This document shows, piece after piece, positions 51,939 to 61,715 of a stretch of DNA of 64,000 nt; within the stretch, counting starts at the first letter, position 1; every line of letters begins with the position of its first letter. This DNA comes from an uncultured Nitrospiraceae bacterium (GTDB taxonomy: Bacteria > Nitrospirota > Thermodesulfovibrionia > Thermodesulfovibrionales > Dissulfurispiraceae), in the NCBI GenBank assembly GCA_963727805.1, contig CAVSHF010000005.1, positions 512,001 through 576,000 on the forward strand, in the 5' to 3' direction. The notes under the pieces were generated by a model. The model did no database searches. It was not told the DNA's origin and worked only from the letters and a program-made list of their open reading frames with translations. The translations under genes and the position numbers were made by a program.

Positions 51939-52429
51939 AAACCGTGGTCGTTTCAAAAATCGCCTCAATATCGCCCCGCGAAAAAAACATCTCTTTTCGC
52001 AACACGGTCTTGTTGTCCGAAAACGCCACTTTCGGCCCTTGCACATCATCGCAAAGGTCAAACAGGGGCATTAAAGACGCTGCCTATCAGCCTTGTTCAG
52101 CAAGACTTGCTCCTATATATCCTAAAAGATGCCACTGCCGATAGTATAAGGAAGGATAATCTTCGATTGAATTGACATATCCGCACAGCGGCTTAGTCCT
52201 TCACACGTCAATCCGCAACTTCGCAGCGGATTGACGCTTATTCGTACTGTTTCAATGACGTCAGAATCCTTTTTGTGCGGAGTATAAGTGGAACATCTCA
52301 GTGACCCGATCCTCGATAACTACTTATAATCGCGAGTCCTCCCAACACGGTGAAGACGCTTGATTTCGATCGGTAATCTTTGACGTACCCAATACGGCTT
52401 AGACCATTTGCCGAGCGATAAAAAACATC

Positions 52430-52997
52430 TTAGCGCTTCCATAACAGCAAAGATAAGATCAATAACAGAAAGATCACTGATAATATCCCGAAGAGATTAT
52501 TTATCCGAAAGGAAGCACCGCCATCGCCTTCACCAAACCTCTCTTCTGGATGGTGAGCATAATACTCTTTGATGTCTTCGACTTTTCGGCCGCACGAGGG
52601 GCATTTTAAATCAACTAGCTGCCGCCCATTAAACGTCCCCTTACAATGCGGGCAGATTGCGAATTTGGGCTTATTAACCTCAGCTCGATAAAGTTCTCGC
52701 TGCTTTCGACTGCTTAAATCCTTGAAAATTGAAAGGAGACTGTAAATAAAGATTGTTAATCCGCTGAACAAAGTCAGCCAAGCGGTACCTTTTGCATTGT
52801 TCCCATAAATATGATAAGAATGATATACGATCTCGCCCGTATCGTAGTACTCCCAGAAACAAATAACACCATATAGATAATGCGGTTAGGGATATCATAA
52901 AAGTACTGAGTACTGCCCTGATAAGTTTCTTGTTATGGAGATAGAGATACTTCAGAGAATGAAGCAGTACTTCGAGTCTATTATTATTGTCAGGCAT
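52430..52997 (-). pseudogene. Probable frameshifted membrane protein with a Zn ribbon
   Basis: Overlapping ORFs 52680-52997 and 52430-52771; CPHC...CPSC...YYAHHPE. Confidence 0.5.
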
Positions 52998-53000
52998 AGC

Positions 53001-53513
53001 TCAGGACTCTTTGTTAAACATTCTTACAATAATAGGCTTGGTTTTCTTAGCTTCCCACCAAAAACCTCCCGAAGTGAGAGCAATACCGAATACGAGCATT
53101 CCCAGTGGGACCAGTAGTGCTGGCAATGGGGTCATTTTCCCGCTAAGTGCAGCCGCTAGGAATGTTAGCACCCCTATGCTTACCCCGCTAAGCCAGACAA
53201 GCATAAAAATCCCAACAAACCGATGGAGCCTCATCGTCACCGATATTCGTTTCCCTGATGCTGTTGGAGTAATCACACCCTCTATAACCGGCAGAAACGA
53301 GTTCCGGTACTTGATTATCCTCATAATCTTAAATCCATCTGTTGCAAATTCACCTTGGAATATTTTACTGCTTGCTGTCGGCCGTCGAAACCACTTTGGC
53401 GGCTCTACCACAGCTTCAAGAGCTGAATGTATCTGTTCAGAAGACATTGTTGTAGCAATTTCAAACGTGTCTTTAGGGTAGATATTTATCATGGCCCATG
53501 CCCCGTTATTCAC
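53001..53513 (-). CDS. Hypothetical membrane protein
   Basis: RIIKYRNSFLPVIEG followed by two TM helices. Confidence 0.75.
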   Translation of the reverse strand: MNNGAWAMINIYPKDTFEIATTMSSEQIHSALEAVVEPPKWFRRPTASSKIFQGEFATDGFKIMRIIKYRNSFLPVIEGVITPTASGKRISVTMRLHRFVGIFMLVWLSGVSIGVLTFLAAALSGKMTPLPALLVPLGMLVFGIALTSGGFWWEAKKTKPIIVRMFNKES

Positions 53514-53768
53514 TTCGGCTGCTCAGCAGATTATAGCAAATCGCAAGTGTGAATGCTGTAAGGATGGATACAATGGGTATAAATTATTGTGAGACAGTTA
53601 TTGTGAGGCAATAAAGTCGCGTGACGTCGCACATGTCTTTGCGAATTTGCTACTGCTAATCGCGAGTGCATACAATACTGAGAAGATGCTATGTTTCAAC
53701 GTGCAATCAATGGTGCTTCCGGAGAGCCCCGCTTGAAGGTGAGAAATCCTAGACTTTTTCTACAGCCT

Positions 53769-53826
53769 CGAATAATGGAATTCTGCGATGCGGCGGCGCT
53801 ACATCCGCGGCAATAATTAGTTATGG
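53769..53826 (-). other. Degenerate integron attC-like site
   Basis: Stop codon lies in CCATAAC; TT(G)CCGC(G)GATG pairs with CATCGCAGAA leaving two extrahelical bases; the core is degenerate. Confidence 0.5.
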
Positions 53827-54354
53827 CGCACAAACTATCCGCTTACCTTTAGTATCGATGCAGAACCAATCGCCACCCTTCAGTTCATGATACTCCCCGG
53901 TGGAATCTACTGGTACCGTTCTGCATCCGTTGCATACAAGAGCCTTTCCCTCCTCAAATGCTTCGCATCCGTCAAAATGCGGAATGATAGTGCCTCTACC
54001 ATCCGCCGTTGCATAACCGCATTTTCCTCCGCGCTCAAAGCGAACAAAGCCATTATGGAAATTATCTGGGCCATTGTCGACGGGATAAACGCCCGCCACC
54101 ACCACCTTGCCCTGCCTGTTCACATACATCCAGCCTTGCACTTTCCCATAAACGATCGCCAAGTTGCCATTGAATTTAAGACTAGCCAGATGAAATCGCT
54201 TAACCTGAAGCCACTCTTTCCCACGTTGTTCAAGGCAATTCTTATGCTCTGAGAAACCATTCGAATCTGAATACCAGCAGGGTAACCCGCCCGCTGTAGA
54301 AATTCCAACCGCTGCTGTGATGATCACGGCAATGAGAATCAAAGTTCTTTTCAT
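53821..54354 (-). CDS. WG-repeat secreted protein
   Basis: Signal peptide; DNGPDNFHNGFVRF...GKCGY...FEEGKALVC. Confidence 0.8.
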   Translation of the reverse strand: MKRTLILIAVIITAAVGISTAGGLPCWYSDSNGFSEHKNCLEQRGKEWLQVKRFHLASLKFNGNLAIVYGKVQGWMYVNRQGKVVVAGVYPVDNGPDNFHNGFVRFERGGKCGYATADGRGTIIPHFDGCEAFEEGKALVCNGCRTVPVDSTGEYHELKGGDWFCIDTKGKRIVCAP

Positions 54355-54803
54355 AGTTCGCCTTAACAATGTCATTAACGTTCATCTTTCAGCAACTATA
54401 GCTCATATTTGTTCCTACTTAAAATCTCCATCTCGGATGCCAAGATTGAAAGTATTATCTTTTTAGTCTTATATTTAATAGCGGCCATGGTGGAGTGGGA
54501 AGTGATGGCTCGGTCTGGGTGGGGGTCTTTATGATTGTCGTAATATTGCTCCTGGTAGTTTTGGCTGTGGTAGTAGTGGTGGCAATAGTTCTAGTGCTGG
54601 CGGCGCTGGTAGTGGTGCTGTTAAGGTAGTAGCTATCTACAACGCCTGCAAATATCAGCAGGCTAATAATAGCCGCAAAGCTTTATTTTAACCTAGAAAC
54701 TTCTACTTATTATCAACACAGCAGGGACACGGTTCATTATTCAAGGTTTCTTCCCATAATCGATATCAACGCTGCTCGCCAGAGGTTACCGGGTCTGCCT
54801 TGA

Positions 54804-55013
54804 TTACTTTGCTTTTCTATTCTTGCTACTGAACGATGTCCAAATAAAAGCGATACCTACAATAATCATGAAAATCCCAAGAAAAACGTTATAACCAGTT
54901 GCATTAAGGGTCACCCTATATATGTCGTTGCAAATTACAGGGTCGTTTATTATTCCTATGCCAAGAAATATCAAGATAAGACCCAATATTGTAAAACCAA
55001 TTTTATTAAACAT
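54804..55013 (-). CDS. Small 2-TM hypothetical protein (possibly truncated)
   Basis: Two hydrophobic helices. Confidence 0.55.
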   Translation of the reverse strand: MFNKIGFTILGLILIFLGIGIINDPVICNDIYRVTLNATGYNVFLGIFMIIVGIAFIWTSFSSKNRKAK

Positions 55014-55481
55014 AAATATTTCCATTTGACATACGGCGCTCGGTGTCATGCTCTTGATTATTTGTAGTCAACGCAATTATATCAGATTGCGCAGTGTATA
55101 TTTCTAAAAGTTGATGACGATGGAATATTTCTTGTTTCTTGGGAAATATTGCATTCTGATTATTGAGCTTGTGACGATTACGTGGTGCAACGAGAACGGA
55201 CCACTTATAACTACTTAAAACCAATAGTCGGCGATATCGGCTCGTGATACGAGCTTTCTCCCGGAAATAGATACTATCGCAGGTCGGTAGAGAATGATGA
55301 CAATGTGACGGCTGCATTAGATGTCGGGACATTGCTATTTTGCCTTGACAGGCACAAATATTTTTGTTGAAGAGTAGGTTTAGGTGTGATAGCATGTAGC
55401 CAATGAGTTATTCGTATGATTACGGAGAAGGGCAACAGCTCTGAATGCCTGTTATAGAAAATATAAGGGAGGTTACAAGAA

Positions 55482-55925
55482 ATGAAAAAAATGCTTATTC
55501 TTGCTATCTGCTGCATCTTTGCTATCGTTTCGTTATGCTTCGCGTCTGATCTCAAAAAGGTTGACAATCCGACGATTGAAATGCTCCAAGGCAAATGGGA
55601 GGGAAAATATGAAAGAACATCGGGAAATAGGACGGAAGGTCCGTTTGAGATGAAATTTAAAGGTAACAAAGCAAAAATTACGCGGGGTTATAACTGCACC
55701 GATCCTCTTAGTCAGGGGTTTGCTACGATCGATAAGATCGAGGGAAGCAAAATATTCATGTCTTCTAAAAACTCCAATTTTGAAATTGAGTTGTTTACTA
55801 ACAATAATGCTGAGTTTTTCATTGAAGGCAACTTTACCGGCTACAAGGAGGCCGCTGTCGGAATTGGGTCTGCAACAAGAAACTCCGACATTAAACTACA
55901 AAGAACGAGTACTAATAGACGCTAA
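55482..55925 (+). CDS. Hypothetical secreted protein
   Basis: GGAGG RBS, signal peptide, LQGKWEG. Confidence 0.75.
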   Translation: MKKMLILAICCIFAIVSLCFASDLKKVDNPTIEMLQGKWEGKYERTSGNRTEGPFEMKFKGNKAKITRGYNCTDPLSQGFATIDKIEGSKIFMSSKNSNFEIELFTNNNAEFFIEGNFTGYKEAAVGIGSATRNSDIKLQRTSTNRR

Positions 55926-56657
55926 GAATGTATCAGATAAAGCAGTAAAAGAGTGAGCAGAAATCAATTACGCTTGATGGTCGTCCTGTGATAATCACTT
56001 ACTGGCACTAAGTATTGAAGAATATTAGCGATAAGGCTAGCTCTTTAGCGCTAAAAGGGGAAAGAAAACGGAGCTGATTTCTTTTATGATAGCCGGATCT
56101 ACCGTCGTAATAATCATCGGCAGTTCCGGCTGTTTAAGACTAGATGATCACACTTTTGCCGAAGCACGTGCAGCTAGGCTTTGCAGGCGGAGTTTTGATG
56201 AAGACGGCCTCTCAATATTTACGCTTAGACGTACCCATAATTGTATTCAGGATACTCCTTTTTGTTGACCGAAGCTGTTCGTATGCCGAGAGGCTTGCCA
56301 CGTCGGAACCTTGCGTCTTCGGGGTCCAGGTCGGCGATCGAAGAGCGAAGAGCGAAGACCCCTAGTCAAGCACGGGGTTTAATGCCCCGCGCGCAAAGCT
56401 GGTCCTAGAGCGCATAGTACGATCGGGCCCTTACTCCCGTGAGAAGGCAGTGAGAGTTGAGAAATTTTTCGATGCAAGGTTAGTAGTCGAAGTCATCGAT
56501 ACTGCATGATCGCCCAAATCGATGACTTCTTGGTGTAATGATCGGAAGTTGTCTCTACATTGCATTCCATCCGAAGATTTACAATATGCGTGCTCAAATT
56601 CCTCAGTTACCGACTCTATTTTTCAGTTGCCATCTTTATTTTTCGCAATCAATTATC

Positions 56658-57407
56658 TCATTTACGCCCATTAAGTTTGCTTTCGATTCTGGAACATATA
56701 CCGTGAAGCATGTTAACTTCCCATTCCGTAATACCTGCCCTGCCGATAAAGTGTTTAAGGTTCGTCATGATCTTTTTTTCAATGTCTCGATCCCCCATCG
56801 GGATATATTCGAGCAACTTCAGGGTATCCGAGATTCTTGCATACAATAATGAAAGTTCCTCGTGACGGACGAGTCGGACAGACGCGAGAGAAGCTTTCCC
56901 GTAGGATTCTGACTCTCTATAATCGACGCGTGAAAGCTCATATGCCACAATAAGGACCGCCTGCGAAAGGTTGAGTGATGGATGTTCGCTATTGGCCGGA
57001 ATGGAGAGAAGTAAGCCGCATTCTTCAATCTCTTCATTAAAGAGGCCCCGATCTTCCCGTCCGAACAGAATCGCTATCTCGTTATCCGCTGCAAGGGCAC
57101 GCAGCTTCTGTACCCCTTGCGCGACGGGATAAATAATGCCTCGCTTCTTCCCCTTTCGACGTGTAGTCCCTGCAACAATCGCCTTATTACTTATCGCCTC
57201 TTTCAGGTTTTGATAAACAGGAGTGGCTTCGAGCACATCGAGAGCATTGCGCGCAAACCATTTCGCCTCGTCAGTAATTGCCACAGGCTTGACAAGGCAG
57301 AGTCGTCCGAATCCCATGTTCTTGATCGCCCTCGCAGAAGCGCCCATATTCCCGGGTTCGCGCGGCTCAACGAGGATAAAAGAGACATTATCCTTCCAGC
57401 TTTTCAT
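56658..57407 (-). CDS. trmJ: tRNA/rRNA 2'-O-methyltransferase, SPOUT TrmJ/LasT type
   Basis: VEPREPGNMGASARAIKNMG, FGREDRGL and SLNLSQAV motifs. Confidence 0.88.
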   Translation of the reverse strand: MKSWKDNVSFILVEPREPGNMGASARAIKNMGFGRLCLVKPVAITDEAKWFARNALDVLEATPVYQNLKEAISNKAIVAGTTRRKGKKRGIIYPVAQGVQKLRALAADNEIAILFGREDRGLFNEEIEECGLLLSIPANSEHPSLNLSQAVLIVAYELSRVDYRESESYGKASLASVRLVRHEELSLLYARISDTLKLLEYIPMGDRDIEKKIMTNLKHFIGRAGITEWEVNMLHGICSRIESKLNGRK

Positions 57408-57470
57408 ACACAGATTATAACACCTGCCGAATCCTTATCCCCAAAATAGCGATCATACCGAATTACACAC

Positions 57471-57506
57471 AAAAAAGGGCGGGACTTTGTTAGCAGTCCC
57501 GCCCTT
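57471..57506 (-). terminator. Intrinsic terminator
   Basis: AAGGGCGGGACT...AGTCCCGCCCTT stem followed by a T-run on the minus strand. Confidence 0.85.
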
Positions 57507-57535
57507 CTCATGAACAAGTATTCAGCTCTATTAAA

Positions 57536-57775
57536 CTAGCAGCCTTCAATAGCCTTTTTCTTCTGGATCTTGCCGTCTTTCACCATAACCTTATCGCCGA
57601 CCTTGAAGCCCTTTGCATCTCCTTCAACAGTCGTCTCCTTACCGTCAGCAGCCTTCACCGTAATCTTGCTGCCATCGATCTTGGTGATCGAACCCTTCAC
57701 ATCGGCGGCGAAGCAAAGGCCGACAACACCGAGAGTAAAGATGATCGCCACCAATAATACGAGTACCTTCTTCAT
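57536..57775 (-). CDS. Small exported protein ending KKKAIEGC
   Basis: AGGAGG RBS, signal peptide, KVGDKV pattern. Confidence 0.8.
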   Translation of the reverse strand: MKKVLVLLVAIIFTLGVVGLCFAADVKGSITKIDGSKITVKAADGKETTVEGDAKGFKVGDKVMVKDGKIQKKKAIEGC

Positions 57776-57862
57776 TTCTTGCACCTCCTTTCGATTAAAG
57801 ATTAGAACCATCTTCAGTTCTTACTTATGTATTTTACTATATCAGCCACACTTTAAGCCAGA

Positions 57863-58951
57863 TCAGTCCTTCATGGGCTTGATGAACATGAAGTAGACCA
57901 TTGTCCAGTTCCCCAGGATTATGAAGACAGTTGCAACGATACTTTGCAGCGCCAGTCCTGACACACCTGTCAGGGCATGTCCCACCGTTCAACCACCGGC
58001 AAGTGCGCCTCCTATGCCCATAATAACTCCTCCGAAAAAGACCCTTACCAGTTCCGCAGCGTCTCTCGGGGTGGTCAGTTTGAATTCTGAAAGCCCCTTG
58101 GCGCTAATATAAGCACCCAAAGGAACACCTAAAATATAGAGAGAACTCCATGAGATGGCACCATAGTTAAAGATGCTGAAAAGTTGGTCATTTTTTGCAC
58201 CACTGTCTCCGGTAAGGAAGAACATCATTGATTCAGCGAGAGGGCCTGAGAACGAAAGACCCCTTGCGCGACCTCCCCACTGAAAAGAAGTCCACCATGC
58301 GCCGACTATGACCAGACCGACAAGGAGTCCGCCCAGTGACCATGACCAGCCCTTCTTCGGCTGTTTGGCGAAAGGCTTTCCTTTGAGAATGACCGGAATC
58401 AATATGCCCACAATAACGGCGATAATAATCCATTTGTAGTCGGGACCTCCCAAAATGTCCCACAGAGCGGGATTGGCAATCGCATCATCGCCCGTCCCTA
58501 TCGGCACCTTGTAGCTTTTCAGGAACTGCATAAGCGGCTGGAGCGGCCCGTGATAGCTGGCGATAAGGGACAAGCCAAATCCGAGCATCGCTACAAAGGC
58601 TGCGAACGCTCCCTCACCCTGCTTGTAAAGGACTCCGCTACCGCATCCTCCAGCCATGACTATACCTAGACCAAAAATATAGCCGCCGACAATGGCCGCT
58701 ATAGGAGCAAATGTCTGACGAGTCAGCCCGTCATCACCAAGAAATCCGAGTGCTTCAAGCCCATTTGAACCAACAATAGCCACAACAAGAGCGAGAAGCC
58801 ATGCGCGCAATAACGTTGTATCGTTTACAAAGATCACGTCTCTGAACGCTGAGTTCATTCAATATCTGCCGCGCTGCAGGACGAAACCGAAGACAAGACC
58901 TGTAAGGACACCGCTCAGGATGACCATTATGGTCGCCGGTTGTACCTCCAT
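57863..58951 (-). CDS. YeeE/YedE sulfur/selenium-compound transporter, probably with two selenocysteines
   Basis: One frame from ATG 58951, with TGA at codon 31 (QRGRY*MN) and codon 321 (LAGG*TVG), both conserved Cys sites; each is followed by a hairpin. Confidence 0.88.
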
Positions 58952-59216
58952 CTGATACCTCCCTATTTTGTGATATTTTCCAGCCAATGGCCTTGTAACT
59001 GACAGACTAATCTCTTTCTATATGCAGGGGACTCCTCTCCTCATCACAGGCTATCAATGTGCATTTCGCTGTAACAGATGTCGAAGCTGTTTCTTTTATC
59101 AGTTTCAATCACTAAAGGCATACCGATTTTTTAGCATAAGCCGCGAATAAAAGTAAACTGCCTTAAGAAATCTGGGTGGCCGAGAAAGAGCGAAATTTTT
59201 GCCCGTACGTGTAATC

Positions 59217-59657
59217 TCAGATGCTGTGATAGAGATAGATAACCATGAAGATGCCGATTGCCATGACGGTAATCGCAAGAAGCATGTCGAGTAGCCTGGA
59301 TGGATGAAAGGTATCCTCTTCGATCTGATGCTCGACTTTCTTGAACCTGATGAATGAAAGCACTCCCATCAGAGCACCCAAACCTACAAGAATGATCCCG
59401 AAAATCGATGAATAGCCCATTTGCGATATAGAATCATGCGCTGCCTCGCGCACTTCATGTGTGCCAGGCGCCACAGAGACGTTTCCCACATAGAGCGAGA
59501 ACTGCTTGACGAAAATAGCAAATTTCTCGACGACAAACCCGAAGCCCATAATTCCGATGCTTGTCCGTATCCATGCGAGAAAAGTCCTTTCATTCGCCAT
59601 GTGTACACGGCGATTGCGTATTCTTTCAGACTTTCTCTTGTCGGATATTTCAGTCAT
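59217..59657 (-). CDS. DUF202/YidH membrane protein
   Basis: HMANERTFLAWIRT motif. Confidence 0.92.
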   Translation of the reverse strand: MTEISDKRKSERIRNRRVHMANERTFLAWIRTSIGIMGFGFVVEKFAIFVKQFSLYVGNVSVAPGTHEVREAAHDSISQMGYSSIFGIILVGLGALMGVLSFIRFKKVEHQIEEDTFHPSRLLDMLLAITVMAIGIFMVIYLYHSI

Positions 59658-59761
59658 AGGTTAAACCGATTGCACGAATACTTTAATTATAGCTAAAGAC
59701 TTAATAAGAAGGAAGGATTAATGGGACCAATATCAATGTAATGGAAACTAGGCGAATATGT

Positions 59762-60619
59762 CTATTGCGATTTGACGACAAGAACAGGACATGATGCAAA
59801 GCCAATCACTCTTGCGGTAACACTGCCCATGAGGAGCCGCCGCAATCCCGTTCTGCCGTGGGAGGACATGACAATGACATCGGCATTAACATCTTTTGCA
59901 ACTGACAGAATTGCTTTTGCACTATCGCCTTCACGGACAAACGCCTCTGATTTGACGCCCTTCGCTTCCGCTTCGCTTTTCACATCTCCTGCGTATTTCT
60001 TTGCCTTCATGATCATGGCATCGGCAACATCTGTGGCTTCGGCATAAAACTCATCGGGGACGTCAACTACCGACAGCGCTGTCAATGTACCGTTATACGA
60101 TTGAGCGAAATCTATCGCTCTTGCTGCCGCGGCCCGGCTGTATTTGGAGCCGTCCGTTGCGAAGAGGATGGACTTCCATCCCACCTCCGCATTGGACGGA
60201 ACGACCAGAACATCTTTCTGACTGTATCCTATTACCCGCGCCGTAACGCTTCCTATGAGCGTTTTTTCGATCGATCCCCTCCCCGACCGCCCCATGACGA
60301 TCAGGTCGGCATTCTCGGCCTCAGACAGATCAACAATCCTTTCGTAAGGGTCGCCTTGCTCGCAGACAGTCTTTATCAGCGCCCTTTCGCTGTGAGCCAT
60401 TTCCGTAGCTGCCGCAAGTGCCAGTTCACAGGGTTCATTCAATGCCCTCCGCAAATCTCCTATTGCCGTAGTTGATAAGTCCCCGTTATAATCAAGGGCA
60501 ACAGAAACGACAGTTATCCAGCATTTCTCGAAGACTGCAAGCTTGAGGGATTCCCGCAGAGCATGCATGCTCTGCTCTGAACCGTCGACAGCCACCAGGA
60601 TCTTACGATATCTGCCCAC
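59762..60619 (-). CDS. Universal stress protein (two USP domains)
   Basis: ILVAVDGS, GSVTARV and SHGRTG motifs. Confidence 0.93.
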   Translation of the reverse strand: MGRYRKILVAVDGSEQSMHALRESLKLAVFEKCWITVVSVALDYNGDLSTTAIGDLRRALNEPCELALAAATEMAHSERALIKTVCEQGDPYERIVDLSEAENADLIVMGRSGRGSIEKTLIGSVTARVIGYSQKDVLVVPSNAEVGWKSILFATDGSKYSRAAAARAIDFAQSYNGTLTALSVVDVPDEFYAEATDVADAMIMKAKKYAGDVKSEAEAKGVKSEAFVREGDSAKAILSVAKDVNADVIVMSSHGRTGLRRLLMGSVTARVIGFASCPVLVVKSQ

Positions 60620-60623
60620 TATC

Positions 60624-61715
60624 TTACTGTGATACTCTTTCGAGGGCTTGTTCCACTGCAGGATGATGCTCCGCCCTGTATCCCTGCCACACTGATTTCA
60701 AAACTATAAAGGCGCCCACCAGAAGTGCGAAGGCCATGATAACAAAGCTCGACCGAGTCAAAACAGTGACCAGAGTTTCATCCAATGATCCCATAATCCC
60801 CAACTGCGAGAGATAAATCGGCACCATCAACCCGCGGCTGAAAATAACGATGACCATGATGAGTCCCATAACTAGCTTGATCATGAAAGGTTTTACATAG
60901 GTGGTTCCAATAGCGCCTAACTGAATGCCGAAGAGCGAACCTGCGAGGAGGATCATGGCAAGTCTGATATCGACGAGGCCATGCATGGCATATTTTAATG
61001 AGCCCCCAACCCCCATGACAAAAGCTACTACCAGCTCCGTTGCCGAAGCCATCAAGCTCGGCGCTCCCATAACATAGATCATGGACGGCACCCCGATAAA
61101 CCCTCCAACAGCGATTGTCGCCGCAAGCATCCCCGTAGCAAATCCGAGAGGGATAGTAAATAGTATCGAGATACGCGCGTTTAGACTCTTAAAATATACC
61201 ATGGTGTATGGAATGTTGACCGACTGTACCCACAGGGCCAGCTTGGAAGTCAGTTCTTTGGCATTGGTGTTTCCGGACCTGTATGTTTTTATAGCGTCGC
61301 TAAGGATAAAACCACCCACGACTGCAAGGATCACTATGAAAACAACACTCACATAGAGATTCGAACCGGCAGTTCCAAACGCTGCCTTGATTTTTTCCTG
61401 GATACTGGCACCGTAAAGGACACCAGCCTCTCCTGAAATTCCCATTACAATGCCGAGTTTCAGATCGACCTGTCCATAGCGGGCACGCTTAATCGAGCCA
61501 ACCAAGGCCTTGGGGAACTTATGGCACATGTTGCTTGCTACCGCAACGAGAGCCGGCACCCCCAGGCTCATCAGGGCGGGGGTCATTACGAATGCTCCTC
61601 CGGATCCGATGAACCCGCTGACGAGTCCACCGATAAAGCCCACGACGAAAAGATATAGTATATTTACTGAGTCAAGAGTGATGAAGTTAGCCGCTTGATT
61701 CGCTATGTCGTGCAT
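60624..61715 (-). CDS. Sulfite exporter TauE/SafE family protein
   Basis: GFIGSGGAF, CHKFPK and VGGFIGVP motifs. Confidence 0.88.
   Translation of the reverse strand: MHDIANQAANFITLDSVNILYLFVVGFIGGLVSGFIGSGGAFVMTPALMSLGVPALVAVASNMCHKFPKALVGSIKRARYGQVDLKLGIVMGISGEAGVLYGASIQEKIKAAFGTAGSNLYVSVVFIVILAVVGGFILSDAIKTYRSGNTNAKELTSKLALWVQSVNIPYTMVYFKSLNARISILFTIPLGFATGMLAATIAVGGFIGVPSMIYVMGAPSLMASATELVVAFVMGVGGSLKYAMHGLVDIRLAMILLAGSLFGIQLGAIGTTYVKPFMIKLVMGLIMVIVIFSRGLMVPIYLSQLGIMGSLDETLVTVLTRSSFVIMAFALLVGAFIVLKSVWQGYRAEHHPAVEQALERVSQ

Larger units (their letters stand above)
49678..52245 (+). mobile_element. Tyrosine recombinase + IS91-type transposase element
   Basis: 20-bp inverted repeats at 49690-49709 and 52181-52200 (18/20) bracket the two genes; terminal hairpin at 52206-52236. 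Confidence 0.8.
43025..56651. mobile_element. Putative Tn7-like element 2 (no tns genes seen), adjacent to the trmJ 3' end
   Basis: Ends TGATTTGG... and ...CGCAATCA; ATTAT on both sides (43020-43024, 56652-56656); tandem 20-bp repeats in the right end. Confidence 0.72.

Noticed and set aside
54540..54625. Low-complexity GGT/AGT-rich stretch as a gene
   Set aside because: No supported start or long ORF; noted only as part of the spacer between small ORFs.
57820..57865. Further TGA read-through after the YeeE C-terminus (KD*SGLKCG*)
   Set aside because: No convincing hairpin follows and the domain is already complete.
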